Virus record (IMG/VR): IMGVR_UViG_3300030376_006779
Coordinates: 1 to 36,906 of that record
Length of the DNA stretch: 36,906 bases
Direction: 5' to 3' (one strand)
Origin: a virus
Lineage: Duplodnaviria; Caudoviricetes
Position numbers and translations under genes: made by a program. Positions 17,401 to 23,803 of the stretch are shown one piece after another (the stretch's first letter is position 1; every line of letters starts with the position of its first letter). Below the pieces are notes generated by a model. That model had not been told where the DNA came from and did not search any database. It saw only the letters and a program-made list of their open reading frames with translations.

Positions 17401-19995
17401 AGGGCAACTATGGATGTCATAGCGACCGAAGAGGTCTCCCGGATGAAAGTCGCGGCATCGTACTTCGATTGGCAGAAAGCCGGTTCGAAGTTCAAATTTA
17501 AGGACGCGGACGGCAAGCTCAGTAATTATTCGTATGCACCCATGCAAGGGTTCGAGGGCGAGTTTCAATCCATAGTAGATACAGAGAAAGCTTGGGAGCT
17601 TCTCGGGCAAGGTACCAAATCTTCAGGTAAAGGTTTTGATCAGCCCAAGCAAGTGCTTCTGGCCAAAGGTGCTTTCGGTAGATACAAGGATGAGAACGGC
17701 AAGCCCATCAAACCACCCGATCCTACTCAGGTTCTGGGTACTTCCGAACAGCAGTATGTAGACGGGTCGATCCGGGGGAATAAGAACACCGTAGCTAATG
17801 CATACGGCAAGCTCCACGACATGATGCGCAGGGTAGCGTTTGGTAAGGAAGAGGACTACCCGACACCGGACTCATTTGAGGGGGTCGATCTGGACAAACT
17901 CCATAAGGATGAGAACATCCGCAAGAAAATGGAGGAAGAGTACCATTCAATTTTCAAGACACACGTCCAGACGGTGGATAAGATGGAATACAACTGGGAT
18001 GATGTCGATCCTTCAGGCCGATGGAAAATGGTTCAAAAGAGGATCAACACCAGCTTTGCCAATGACCCGCATGTATTTGTCTACCGCAAAGAGGGTACCC
18101 CGGTCTACCTATCCTTTCAGGAAACCGGAAAAGGTAAGATGATGGCGGCCGCGTTGAAAAACATGAGGTACGAGTCATTGCCCGAGATCCTGGGTCAAGT
18201 GAATGGCATCACGAAGCGCATGTCCCAAATGGCCACCTCTCGAAATCCTGGATTTATCATACCTAACTTCGTCCGCGACCTTGGTAGTGCTCTGATCCAC
18301 TTGACGGAAGATGACAAGAGGTCGCTCGTCAAGAACGCTCTTAACCTAAAGAATATCCACAAGTTCGGTAAGGCTGCATTCGAAGCGGAACTATCATTGA
18401 GGAAGGATAAGAAGAGCCCGGTCGACATCAAAGGATTCAAGGGTGGAGACCTGGCGATGGCTCAGAAAATTATGGAAGAGGGTGATGCTGTGAAGATGTA
18501 CATGTTCGCCAAGGCCAACGGAGCCATGGTCGGATATTTCAACACGAAGGGCGTGCCTGATATCATTAAGAGTATGCGGAAGGAAGCTGAAAACCCAAGC
18601 AAGGCTCCGAAACGCATGTGGGAGAAAACGGTTGCTTACATGGACGCCATGAATGCATACGCCGAACAATCCATACGTATCTCTTCTTTCTGGGCTGCGA
18701 TCAAGGACGGTCGCTCCACCCAAGAAGCCGCACTTATTTCACGACGGGTGACCGTAGACTTTAACCAAGGGGGTAACAAAGCCAACGCGATAAATGCTTT
18801 GTATATGTTCTTCAGAGCGAGCATCACGGGTATCAACCGTTCCTGGAATACGCTTAAGAAGCGCTCATGGAAGGAGAGGTTTATCCTGGTTGGCGGGATC
18901 ATGGGCACATCCTATGCATGGGCTATCGTTTCCAGACTTTTGGATGATGACGAGGACGAGGACACCGAGCCATTGTACGATCAAGTAAGCCCGTATGTCA
19001 GGCACAGGAAGATAGTTATCCCCGTACCTAGTTGGTTGCTTAAAGCCGTAGGTATGGAGGACGACGGTTTTCATATGACGATCAATTTACCCCTCGGTAT
19101 GCCGGCCAGTATTTGGGGCGCGGGGCAGCAGCTTGCGGATATGACTTCCTACTATACTCCTGGCATAAGGGGTGGTCATGGAATATTCGAGAGCGCTGGA
19201 AACTTTGCGACTTCCCTTCAGGACATGGGCAACCCGATGGGTGGTGTAGGTCTTACCGAGTTTGTTCCTTCTCCGATCAAGCCTTGGGTCGAAGTAATGG
19301 CCAATCAGGACTTTACGGGTAAGGAAATAGTTTACCCGAACACCCCGTGGGGGGATCCAAAACCCGCACACACACGCGACCCCAAACAAACTCCCGCTTT
19401 CTGGACGGGAGTCTCAAAACAGATCAACGAGTGGGGCGGGGGAACGGATGATTCCTACGGTTCCGTACGTGGTATGCTCGGCCAGAATCCTCTCGAATTC
19501 AGCGAGGAAGAAGATTGGAAGTGGGATTGGTCGGGTAACCAGATCAGGCACATAATATTCGGATACCTCATGGGTGTAGGGCAGACCGCAGAGGGGGCCA
19601 TCCTATCGGCAGCCGGTGGGGTTGACGATTTTGACTTTGCTCAAGTCCCCGTAGCTCAGAGATTTCTTAAAAGCAGTACCTACGGAGGCCGTACGCGATC
19701 CAAGGTAAACCATCTCAGAGACGCAGTATTCCAAGCTGAGAACGTGGTTGAAAACGCACCCGCCGAGGTTCGAGCTCAGGAAAGAAAACGTCAGAACAAA
19801 CTCCTCCAGTTCTTGCCCGACGTTAAGCAAATCGACCGAGTTAAGCAGAAGTATCGAGACCAAAAACAGAAGGTCCAGGACAGTAAAATGTCGGATGTCG
19901 AGAAAGCACATCGGATTGCGAACCTCGAGGCTAAAGAGTTAGAGTTAATGACCAAAGTTATCAACCGAGCACAAAAAGCCGGTCTAGCAATATAA
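2458..19995 (+). CDS. Giant (5845 aa) polyvalent internal virion/ejection protein with zincin-like peptidase, NADAR and LPD38-like domains
   Basis: Uninterrupted 17.5-kb ORF. Motifs HEGAH (5164), HEIFH (13894), HELIH (15421) and SVEAAYQAFK (12244). C-terminal NFVRD...VTVDFNQGG...YMFFRASITG...PWVEVMANQDFTGKEI is typical of LPD38-containing phage proteins. Confidence 0.85.
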   Translation: MSKLDELGLSDDYEEKKSGLGQFTSKPTQRQFQPFGGPLKPQQPQNQVSQVQNPFPAEQPQYVSPLDDLGTYDQYKTNYSAISKEASNYGQISSRWNSLYDDSLENEIRPFYDQLGLYDDIQDKASGDEYIASIDKEYARLNKLANSEDGWFGSSDEKLGAQEALKRFGSWGGENGLRSKFFKLKQERDNRKLMSDQANDTKVRMLEEMTSIPLDQRMAMDEALKSRGKGEKDPREINKILDSMQWEDPVVDFNTGEITNLHKVDPRRKSPTATDFNTGQNAGQAAQSKRRQQAFSGDIDTIMSERAGMERRRNMQNRGFMVGHSGTAPRGMSNDFIDILDADKLKDAGFTEFKGLPIEEAIAQLGGAEKIEAAKVMKSALQAKEIFRNSQLELLKEIGGANKNSDQLKLKVDKARQNWHGALKVAGDFGLSSRLYEQLSSAEDQVGFWEGIKNEWNRGLKQADMADLSLDFAMGQADESDIQTLIDISQDIEDIPTSSALKRISSGKSKNLMEAVGLIFGNAEALPELIAGVTSAYFPTMVNTFMKYTGPAALGHGAIQKMRGKGGLFGTIGLGARLNAGVASAALEYNGKLMEEMSGLGVDVHDPKIFMAAWQSPQIREALKDTALAKSFGVGLMDSVGGLMAGRIGQTTRYLGMKGGKHVDATRWAKKHGRSDWQQAGIDMPVFSSWQRFKSSIVPETGAQMGFGMGGEALGQYLAMKPGESFDWDAIAAEGALEIVSPFGIYGAMSEAWRGGKREAARKNFAQATPTYSNVQPMTIDGQQVGSQGTVTRAGLVQEFRQYDSADNAAADMIQAAGINFDPANPNSPENRQAQVIQDFMFRFQEMNPEKFKELRWVVAERTPDSIDSEGLFEHYDDPSFGGSTVFLNADKMKENPIRGLFHEGAHWARLSIFKDVKDLMSVYNSLTSEQKLNSFAEYHLKIPNAKFSALEDGQKSEVMRRFQDTSSRTQAEEWFALQFARNLAGNPSDRTVAQPVKKFMKKFVYPLMEGKMGSVDNAGAFAAQVDGVILNAMGWGPTGVRMGDTLQDQDWSADGVRGAALPEGMEQMSQEEGIKWLWEKIQKYDKKDQGPLIETIEALMGGNKIFMTPEVSAFTKSDDTPIGKKEAKKFADPEAKKWSKEKVDLLTELYEDVDGDVNRMLDAQVPGEKSEGKTEPRKSEDVGEALDTEAIDKIRKVPGSPSIEGDPAKPDTLSLTPSQQKNLNNVLKNEKEFDALKKYIKQLRKVNTPEAIAQIEKAKARIEALKIDPPAEKTWDQVSKFEESLLNDDGTPKEFQLGPNVVRFIPFRGKALTDGGGRVWIKAEINGVEVPFYQSTGLGQKILQTGKFYPSPGVGGTWVNKLSSKQMAEFYGSPEMAQVSAFLEQGFGDITPHEGKINLRFKESIPGYDNLTIKEQKRHAGQFVKEQRSWMNDGRTQVELDEKGAAASIRNEMARLAKLIEDGMPAPVERTAEKPLPGKPKSETTPTRTGAQVRVDEIRGQEEQVYTKDSFDPQKAATRKAVIESLKKIEELITDPKKFKKALVDARNKLVNQRLEALGIDSKGVSTEDWDNVVRQISWMDVLREMSEFDTLLSFGKGGRSQWGLDLIDRFTDSFDMPEIDAVEEAMAKGEADLGEAQDMIRQEKLAAMDEQQALEKSIKKVKKPFEKKSETRGNQKLVTSPLDPKKGYKEMVNLKKTNKPKKGMIQSKEKFQEWIKKNKGKATLKDWETASKNSLVKKKGNKLVYIPGEGFALLYKTTVQEKAKKEKAIPEGDKRAIHSGMIKAIQEQIRAEVGEGLEASEVEYFDRMDASENFTYVKQQARFFRERGHNENFMIEFFNAIMNSEGVVVKIGGKTYGKKGKRMRVHQFMNMLRDAQSLDQNQKKEIAALPTSYEKTDNFANAQKFNERVAKLLIPRRGKTKTAKNTGKKQKSAPTRDYTTYASQVKEWAKFAQVMREEVKSRQPDLVDEGKDQAFTDELSRRIAQTMRLPRAYMDFMQAEAKTRRQKALARHIELLQEAEMLFAPENYGVDWKNVRVMHGPFANTFIKEGGVLKPLTLGVLSTHSNKGWGGALKLFDKKGYPKKYKGKDGKQMEIADGQHLLGGVPFEGAKTDTVTFYDQFDLKKITPDLSTKSKDPNTYHGAYGMTPRQYKLYVAAAQASMHQPITGRGLNTNDLRRRVIVQGTPDEGTSLLTILAKMVWEANAESLDGSAETRKTRARMSTQMAYSPEDYLLAEVAKTASYTGAEMDQTGLTMMWLQHNKVRELTRLLSQLKDQTWKDRGALRAKQRDIEKLIQYHLHAEPYEKGRITETFRTVDIKPKSRAERRRLYQRYLDSFKGEKPLPFDSDSKKYRKFENQVTKEQERTGTMPDADKFRFRPPVVEEYKWTSWNEMYEYYRQEDIAFLKDKYAFEKARLGDSNKTGKFPSLTKWLNQKDKNGNYTNRVRVEGGFGDVQTNPGGREKPQPDRIPGGKMWTEALGQYDYWHWKMKAIDEILTQWEEEIGPLGGWHKKAGKAYTDAREALSQAHGEQADRLFVDDLLEKRFKQKTGNDSWKDNKAFSKFKEQHKNLYEGLTRQSKELNKLQRERRKVMHNPDLSDSQKESILDEFYTRITREQEKIRKVSVAKRKDIFQMYRDWYLEFIGKDANQELAETMLNTIERNFVEQTPQYGENGEVYYVPQFSWNVGNRTGFSRREDKYPRKFRNDGYAYVELDESLDNPDFKVEAQEGAHGEFKRVNLDKTYNILSLYKSQADKVFGQLKKTGEGLGAEFEIPDRVRDDAGRFAKWNATYKDREDLSATFMAQGAEDGEKISFKGVDADGVDVEIDAIFKNGFWEYEDGSGQLSVRPGTEVINVTRIDQDPETLAAQKDPELNIRKAIDRGEDRSPDSKAGTTAELYNRPSLHDQATEAWLAEQEKKGVDRQNAASSDSHYTAARLAEQIFKLGVRSFTHFADTEVTGDNKSTPGQQFAPYIIQRILHPLLERMYKDLNIDLDAKTGNSTEEFPQTYGDLLEKLDRLTKLKTQVDMDSAAVEPPMSEPKLLIVNDDKGEKGKSDLIREWFEQNGMDPGEAGRTYAMDERKTVEASEETLPDGTVKKSKERKENDQEIDVDNLTEAGISVIFKSSKDGSARFKNLVELAKDDSDRMTIVVDISDKDFDISKVVRGKGGILEQMGQGIEFEPGSIFIFADTEATTSDAKITAVLDYLFKGDLPPAKDTKSKAEGRKGKRAVDVNFGKGINPELSPLYDLAKPFEHEGRKFYSVEAAYQAFKNPQAVKDGEINPDDFAEQSDGPTLTGKEARTWANELGVKADTKISKELMRTLLRKRYDTDSEFKRRLGQIRGPITHSVKDEFWKEALPELLEELSTEAAKSAWFNDSNLWGDTDTAELSAWLSDIREAIEPIMTAAFNGRRVDQLDEKVEQSIMSRDSGAYQAEGDKSVFEQKEAADKGPSEPGEDVGDTESQESADGDATGTKVKDREDPPEGTFDPDYADKQAGQTGEPPSSDNNIQLDDIKQKNIRMGIAVRDILESLDEVTNWTEDEILGWAISNSYHLDDAMSVDKPGGFESVLPENSSKLTAEFEKLGAPPKAVDNPNFDLEIGQWVSKIAESDNNMLQLVWLMWKGFWGKAEGASFTKWRGDVQKQIDRLEAGDLDGPERMGKMGEDFQAGSQLPPMSEIPIFKKLREKPREFAVPLGQVIDSMVKRLEENLSVALYEKRLGMSERDPRLRGIYEVLTAFRTLYKSRKRKDGDESHGKVKFSMFDSAKRQAETGKVILGDVDVDSESGDYTMRLGDIHLDNSRDVASGYHTVIHEIFHVLTHRFSKLLTGVTEKNPGMARKIKLISKTDLLLAEDQKARGEKIQVAGVYNKYKSAFENIEKLHEFALEEYNRLAENPFGIGLKERLAYGFDGAGKDAQLVEFITEAGSNIEMQRFLDGIEITDAQAKSLGLEPTTGSKSTLWQAFVNVLKDFFGLKVDGTVLGEVLRESSTFLEDPEAKLREYTDALNGVDKFVNDRLIQNQKNQRLEQVWSDDVQLGSQLHIPPNQLESLAQGKVSSGNLVDEITDLQRYRSELQLLANLFGEEAVEDSMKNISTKEHRLLRSHWLQEFVNPDFFPEVFKLYGVDYASERLPIPWGNFGFAREGKITRDGKELNRENKKARRMLIDILQSGGVEIRDFLLAMRKDYKNRARLLRKALKPENMSKVRRIMAEHPDFRVANESMPARVKATIDTLYTSIRGELAYVGKLDQFLNSLYKLTDRAKFANTKVRFVNLTSPIRKDQNWGAMVRPQIIRDFGDHGHKEKVGGMRMYMGHGAAPHAFIHELIHVLAESHIGVGTTKKFRDRAVSLFEEDNLGETVEDPYADLMKFPEYKADKVIGEIRKVLDKEHARLPDGILKNKTAYGSVTNNEEVVTEALSNPVFQKWLKSIKTPKHIADLVKDAKTGWTPSNLWEAFVIAFKKLLGLKIDGTLMEATLDMSGIIIDASQKPEILQNDRPFSFIEGIARKHTIKRSKARTKALQPLVGESPNIEMSEVAEALDSLDAMENDGQFGSQLGDSRKGNTPKGKGFRPKHTEWSKKEFLPNRYALKDKDSLWDMFVAELSWVAGVDTDPYDTEGLLKELGANPELVDFTDKTPEGYDPADDAPAEKLPANALNELLKKIFWPSVHPKLNLLFNASNETVLKEMALGLDGFLEYHDLRKQDINWGEVRKYMRQTPVDPAERMDDRAARKTIRAGDPGPYDIQLGSQLVDDGADNHRKAGFFATMFNKDNWKELYQETKRGSTQAWGQGSKKDIFIIDYVDKFHPLKKMFYEVKDIVGPMMEKGTPLYDALNTWGKVHTYLGLGQSELEQHQIKYHHPMMNAIREAGTTVEVVGEYLLARMAPSRNHHHTLQIKDALKDVKNIKDKKKREARRKELNERLKNKALSGIPDDAAIDVVKKLEAGQAVGNLTKEQAQAFVRFMDHENSPLQLFYEQQLEDLTNRATMDVIATEEVSRMKVAASYFDWQKAGSKFKFKDADGKLSNYSYAPMQGFEGEFQSIVDTEKAWELLGQGTKSSGKGFDQPKQVLLAKGAFGRYKDENGKPIKPPDPTQVLGTSEQQYVDGSIRGNKNTVANAYGKLHDMMRRVAFGKEEDYPTPDSFEGVDLDKLHKDENIRKKMEEEYHSIFKTHVQTVDKMEYNWDDVDPSGRWKMVQKRINTSFANDPHVFVYRKEGTPVYLSFQETGKGKMMAAALKNMRYESLPEILGQVNGITKRMSQMATSRNPGFIIPNFVRDLGSALIHLTEDDKRSLVKNALNLKNIHKFGKAAFEAELSLRKDKKSPVDIKGFKGGDLAMAQKIMEEGDAVKMYMFAKANGAMVGYFNTKGVPDIIKSMRKEAENPSKAPKRMWEKTVAYMDAMNAYAEQSIRISSFWAAIKDGRSTQEAALISRRVTVDFNQGGNKANAINALYMFFRASITGINRSWNTLKKRSWKERFILVGGIMGTSYAWAIVSRLLDDDEDEDTEPLYDQVSPYVRHRKIVIPVPSWLLKAVGMEDDGFHMTINLPLGMPASIWGAGQQLADMTSYYTPGIRGGHGIFESAGNFATSLQDMGNPMGGVGLTEFVPSPIKPWVEVMANQDFTGKEIVYPNTPWGDPKPAHTRDPKQTPAFWTGVSKQINEWGGGTDDSYGSVRGMLGQNPLEFSEEEDWKWDWSGNQIRHIIFGYLMGVGQTAEGAILSAAGGVDDFDFAQVPVAQRFLKSSTYGGRTRSKVNHLRDAVFQAENVVENAPAEVRAQERKRQNKLLQFLPDVKQIDRVKQKYRDQKQKVQDSKMSDVEKAHRIANLEAKELELMTKVINRAQKAGLAI
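5050..5480 (+). other. Zincin-like metallopeptidase (MPTase-type) domain 1 in the giant protein
   Basis: EGLF...TVFLN...GLFHEGAHW (HExxH at 5164-5178) with downstream AEEWFA at 5371. Boundaries approximate. Confidence 0.75.
12151..12560 (+). other. NADAR (YbiA-like) domain in the giant protein
   Basis: ELSPLY...PFEHEGRKFYSVEAAYQAFK...MRTLLRKRY...ITHSVKDEFW...LPELLEEL follows the NADAR motif order. Boundaries approximate. Confidence 0.8.
13453..16701 (+). repeat. Four dispersed copies of peptide motif D-x-Q-x-G-S-Q-L
   Basis: DFQAGSQL 13453-13476, DVQLGSQL 14554-14577, DGQFGSQL 16096-16119, DIQLGSQL 16678-16701. Confidence 0.9.
13477..16095 (+). other. Two tandem paralogous zincin-like metallopeptidase modules in the giant protein
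   Basis: IHEIFHVL...EFITEAGSN...LWQAFVNVLKDFFGLKVDGTVL versus IHELIHVL...EVVTEALSN...LWEAFVIAFKKLLGLKIDGTLM. Confidence 0.8.
18230..19995 (+). other. LPD38-like C-terminal region of the giant protein
   Basis: NPGFIIPNFVRD, EQSIRISSF, VTVDFNQGG, INLPLG, PWVEVMANQDFTGKEI, QIRHIIFGYLMGVG and VPVAQRF motifs. Includes a hydrophobic segment (FILVGGIMGTSYAWAIV). Confidence 0.7.
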
Positions 19996-22010
19996 TGAAA
20001 GAAACCAACTTACGCCTGACCAAGGAGCAGGAAGACAAGCTCGTTAAATACACACTGGAGCGCGTTGAACAGCTGCGAGAGGATAACAGGGAGCGCATCG
20101 AGGCGGACAAGCTTTCGTGGAAGATGTACCATAACGATCGTGACGATCGGGTTAGTTACGACAGTATATTCGGGCACTCCAATCTTTCCGTTCCTCTGAC
20201 CTCACTTGTGGTCGATCACTTCATGGCCAGGGCCGAGGACGAGATCACCGGCACCAGCCCGTACTTCAAATTCGAAGCTCAAGGGGCTCAAGATCAGGAG
20301 ATGGCGGAAGCTTTCGACAAATACTTTAATTGGAAGATCGAGGATGAGGCGGGAACGAGAGAACGGCTCGAGGAGTCCTATCTACACCTGTTCATCCAAA
20401 GAGCTTTGATTCTCAAGTCCACCTACAAGGAAGACATCTCGACTTGGTACGATCACGAGAGAAACGGTTTGTTCAATAACGAGACTCAGGAATTCGAACA
20501 GATCCCCGGACAAGGACCGATACTCGAGGGTGAGGCTGAATTTATCCCCGAACTTAACCCAATGACCGGAGAGTCGGAGCTTAGACTTGCACAAGACCCC
20601 ACGATCCAAATGATTCCGGGCATTCACGAATTCCAACCGCTTCCGGAGGGTATCCCAACTCAACAGATAAGGTACAAAGGTCCAATGTCGGAGGTCGTGG
20701 ATTCCGACAGATTCATGTGCCCGACCAGCGCCGAGTCCGTTGACGATGCCGACTTTATCGTAGAGCTATACGACAAGGATCTGCGTTGGGCGATGGGTAT
20801 GTTCCTTGAACGCGAGTGGCTCACATTCGGAGATTTTTACAACCACATCAAAAAAGACGCCAACCCTCGAAGCCCTATCGAAAAAAACGATAACTCCGAG
20901 AACCTGGACTTTGATTCCGACGAGAACCCAAGCATTCAGATTATGGAATGTTGGATAAAGCGTGATGTACTTGGAACCGGAGAGCCTCAGGAATTTTGCA
21001 TATTTATAGATCCCGAGACCGAGAAGCCGATTTACTACGAATACGTAGCCAAGCTCACGCCTGATAACAAAGTCCCTTACTCCGTGGTTTCGATCGGTAG
21101 GGAGAGAAACAAGTGGTGTGGCCTCAGTTTGCCCGAGCGTATCAAGAGTTTTCAGGAATATGTAGACAAGCAGTTCAACGCTCAGAGCTATCGGAACGAG
21201 TTGGCTGCCAACCCCGTCGTAGGTTTCAATCCACAGGCCGTCGAGGATGAGCCTGAGGACGTAGAGCTACACGCCGGTAAAATATTCGAGCTCAAGGACC
21301 AATACGGCATAGATGATTTTTTACAATTTTCTGCTATCCCTAATGTGGACATCAAGACCCAAGAGCTGATCGATTTTGTGTTTGGGATCGTTCAGCTCTG
21401 GCTTGGTGTCTCCAATATGGCCCAGGGTGATTATCAAGCACTCGCTCCCGCCAACACGGCGACAGGGGTCGAGGCAACTCTTAGGGAAGCCTCCAAGATC
21501 GGCCGCCGTTGGATGCGTAGGATCGTGAGAGGTTTTGAAGAGCATTTGACCAAACTCGTTCAAGTTTCCATGGCGACCATGGATGAGGAGGAAGTGTTCG
21601 AGTACATGGAGGGTGATATCAGAGCCTTCGGCGTAATGACCCCGGAAGCTATTGAGGAGGTCGGGATCAACGTAAAAGTAATTTTGTCGCAAGACCAAGG
21701 TCAAAGGGCGATAGAGAAAGCCAACCTCGCCTTGCAGACTCAAGAAAGATATTTCCAATCGCCGCCCGAGATGCGTCCGTTCATGAGGCCTATGCTCAAG
21801 AGAATTCTAGATGCCATGGGCTTTGAGAAGACGGATGAGCTAATCCCTCGGGAAGCACCACCCGACCCTAAAACGGAAGCAGAGATAGCAAAAATGCTTG
21901 GTGACAACGCGGCTCAGGGGCAAAGCCCCGCCCCAACCGATGGCGTAGCCGCGGCTACTTCTGGTATGGGTAATAGTAACCCACAAGGACAAAACCAATA
22001 TCAAGCTTAA
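19995..22010 (+). CDS. Portal protein (671 aa)
   Basis: Size and motif order fit podovirus-type portals (IMECWIK, VPYSVVS, GLSLPERIKSFQE, LGVSNMAQG, NTATGVEATLREAS, low-complexity Q/G/A tail). Its start overlaps the stop of the giant gene (TAATG). Confidence 0.85.
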   Translation: MKETNLRLTKEQEDKLVKYTLERVEQLREDNRERIEADKLSWKMYHNDRDDRVSYDSIFGHSNLSVPLTSLVVDHFMARAEDEITGTSPYFKFEAQGAQDQEMAEAFDKYFNWKIEDEAGTRERLEESYLHLFIQRALILKSTYKEDISTWYDHERNGLFNNETQEFEQIPGQGPILEGEAEFIPELNPMTGESELRLAQDPTIQMIPGIHEFQPLPEGIPTQQIRYKGPMSEVVDSDRFMCPTSAESVDDADFIVELYDKDLRWAMGMFLEREWLTFGDFYNHIKKDANPRSPIEKNDNSENLDFDSDENPSIQIMECWIKRDVLGTGEPQEFCIFIDPETEKPIYYEYVAKLTPDNKVPYSVVSIGRERNKWCGLSLPERIKSFQEYVDKQFNAQSYRNELAANPVVGFNPQAVEDEPEDVELHAGKIFELKDQYGIDDFLQFSAIPNVDIKTQELIDFVFGIVQLWLGVSNMAQGDYQALAPANTATGVEATLREASKIGRRWMRRIVRGFEEHLTKLVQVSMATMDEEEVFEYMEGDIRAFGVMTPEAIEEVGINVKVILSQDQGQRAIEKANLALQTQERYFQSPPEMRPFMRPMLKRILDAMGFEKTDELIPREAPPDPKTEAEIAKMLGDNAAQGQSPAPTDGVAAATSGMGNSNPQGQNQYQA

Positions 22011-22012
22011 TT

Positions 22013-22828
22013 ATGAACTATACGCATAGCAAAACACCTAACGCCTTCAAGCAAGGCCGCATCAATAATCGTAAAAAGGGATCAACCCTCGAAGTGGTCA
22101 AGCGTCAGCTTGGAGACAACTTCGGACTTTTCTCTGTACCGCTCGGCAAAGGATACGACTCCTCAACGGGAGTTATTTCCAAAACTAACAGAGCGGCTTC
22201 CATAGCTTCTGCTGTTAGCGGCGGCGGCGGAGGCGGGTCTAGTAGCAGTAATACTTTACAGTTCCAACTTTCTTTCGCTGCAGACTACGATGCTACGAAC
22301 GACACTGGTTGGGCTGGAAGCTCTGAAGCGGGGATTACATTTTCTTATGATGCCAACACGTACGGAAGTACAGGACCGCATACCTACTCCGCAACGGGCG
22401 TAGCAAATTCGTCCGACAAATTCGTAGTTGCATGGACGGATCTAGACACGGACGCAATGGGTACGGAATGGTGCGGCTGGACGCTTTATGTAGAGGATAG
22501 CGGGAGTCTGAATCGATTAGGTTATGACGGGGGCGGGGGATATGAGATGGCTTACGTGATCGCTGGCATAGATACTAGTAGTGACTTTAGCGGGAACCCT
22601 TGGGACCAAACACAGTCTTACGGCACTCCTTTTGATCTTGATGCAGCAACCTTACCTGACGGCGACCCTTATACTTATTGGGAGACCGCATACGACGGAA
22701 ACGGAAACACCTCTGGCTCTGGAAACGGTTATCCGGTATATTTTGATTACGCCAGCACCTGGGGTAGCGACGGCAGCAACTTCGATTACTCAGCCTTTCA
22801 GAGCAGTCGTTCGGGATCTGCGGGGTAA
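22013..22828 (+). CDS. Hypothetical virion protein: basic N-terminal module, Gly/Ser linker, acidic aromatic-rich C-terminal domain
   Basis: 271-aa ORF starting 2 nt after the portal stop. SGGGGGGSSSS linker; the C-terminal ~190 aa are rich in Y/W/D/G/T, consistent with a surface-displayed beta domain. Confidence 0.55.
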   Translation: MNYTHSKTPNAFKQGRINNRKKGSTLEVVKRQLGDNFGLFSVPLGKGYDSSTGVISKTNRAASIASAVSGGGGGGSSSSNTLQFQLSFAADYDATNDTGWAGSSEAGITFSYDANTYGSTGPHTYSATGVANSSDKFVVAWTDLDTDAMGTEWCGWTLYVEDSGSLNRLGYDGGGGYEMAYVIAGIDTSSDFSGNPWDQTQSYGTPFDLDAATLPDGDPYTYWETAYDGNGNTSGSGNGYPVYFDYASTWGSDGSNFDYSAFQSSRSGSAG

Positions 22829-22835
22829 CATTTAA

Positions 22836-23126
22836 ATGACCGACATAGTCGTTTTCGACCAGCTCGCTGACATCAAGCGACTTACAGTAGATGAAGCTTT
22901 TATCCATCTTGAAAAACGTTTTCAAAAGGAAAGAGCCAGATACCTCTCTAAGCTCCTTGACCCAGCCACCTCCCCGGAGGAAACTTTGCAGATCAAGGCA
23001 GTCATTAACGCGCTTGAAAGTTTATCGCCGATGGCTCTCGCGGAAAAGACGCTTAAAATTGAAGTAAAGAACCGTAAAGTTGAACACCCCGAGCTGTTCA
23101 AGGTAAAACGAAACGCAACCGGTTGA
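22836..23126 (+). CDS. Small helical hypothetical protein (96 aa)
   Basis: Charged amphipathic ORF in operon context. Resembles in size and position the small proteins commonly found downstream of portals. Confidence 0.6.
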   Translation: MTDIVVFDQLADIKRLTVDEAFIHLEKRFQKERARYLSKLLDPATSPEETLQIKAVINALESLSPMALAEKTLKIEVKNRKVEHPELFKVKRNATG

Positions 23127-23157
23127 GGATATTGGCCTCAATAGCCATGCTTTATAC
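23115..23157 (+). promoter_or_regulatory. Putative activator-dependent late promoter, copy 1
   Basis: GCAACCGGTT (23115-23124), 21 nt, CATGCT (23146-23151), 6 nt, ATG at 23158. Confidence 0.65.
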
Positions 23158-23442
23158 ATGGCTACTGTAAACTTATCATGGACAACTCCCTCGTCTGTTT
23201 CGGATGTGGATAACATAGAAGTCTGGCGTTGGGCTGGGCTTTCAGCTACCACTACCTCCGATCTTGAGACGCTCATAACCGCTGCGGCTACAACCCCTCT
23301 GGCTACGCTGTCGGACTCTACCGTTACCTATTCGGACACGACTGCTCCCGCAGCTTCTGACTTAACGTACGCAGCTGTTTCCAGAAATACCGCAGGCTAT
23401 AAGCTTGAGGGTACTGGGCATGCGAACGTGACCACTACATAA
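23158..23442 (+). CDS. Stand-alone fibronectin type III-like domain protein lacking the first (A) beta-strand (94 aa)
   Basis: TVNLSWTTP (strand B with conserved W), NIEVWR (C), VTYSDTT (E), LTYAAVSRNTAG (F), ANVTTT (G). The protein begins directly at strand B. Confidence 0.72.
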   Translation: MATVNLSWTTPSSVSDVDNIEVWRWAGLSATTTSDLETLITAAATTPLATLSDSTVTYSDTTAPAASDLTYAAVSRNTAGYKLEGTGHANVTTT

Positions 23443-23443
23443 A

Positions 23444-23797
23444 ATGCCTCGATGGGGGGACATTGCTGACACCACAGAACACGTTGACCTACATCCAGGC
23501 AGCGTGGATTTGGTTGGTCGGCCTTCACCCCACACTTTAAGCGGGCGCCCTTCACCGTACGACAGACCTTTTGGGGGTATAGAACCCAGATATCGGTGGA
23601 GTGATGACGCCGACGGCACACACAGGGGGGCTGCCCAACCTCCCGCAGCAGTAGGTTTCAACATCGACATTCGAGTCCTTGAAGCAACGATCTTGGCGAG
23701 AACTGGAGACCCGACAGGGACAATAGCTTTCGCAACGGATACCCATGACTTGTACGTCTATGACGGGGCGGCTTGGCAAATTTACAACGACACTTAA
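23444..23797 (+). CDS. Putative fibre adaptor protein (117 aa)
   Basis: C-terminal GTIAFATDTHDLYVYDGAAW motif, of the kind found in phage fibre shafts and junctions. Confidence 0.55.
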   Translation: MPRWGDIADTTEHVDLHPGSVDLVGRPSPHTLSGRPSPYDRPFGGIEPRYRWSDDADGTHRGAAQPPAAVGFNIDIRVLEATILARTGDPTGTIAFATDTHDLYVYDGAAWQIYNDT

Positions 23798-23803
23798 AGC
23801 ACT

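Noticed and set aside
2458-19995. Giant ORF as an N4-like virion RNA polymerase or a tape measure protein
   Set aside because: No recognisable polymerase catalytic motifs or tape-measure periodicity. The peptidase, NADAR and LPD38-like motifs fit a polyvalent protein better.
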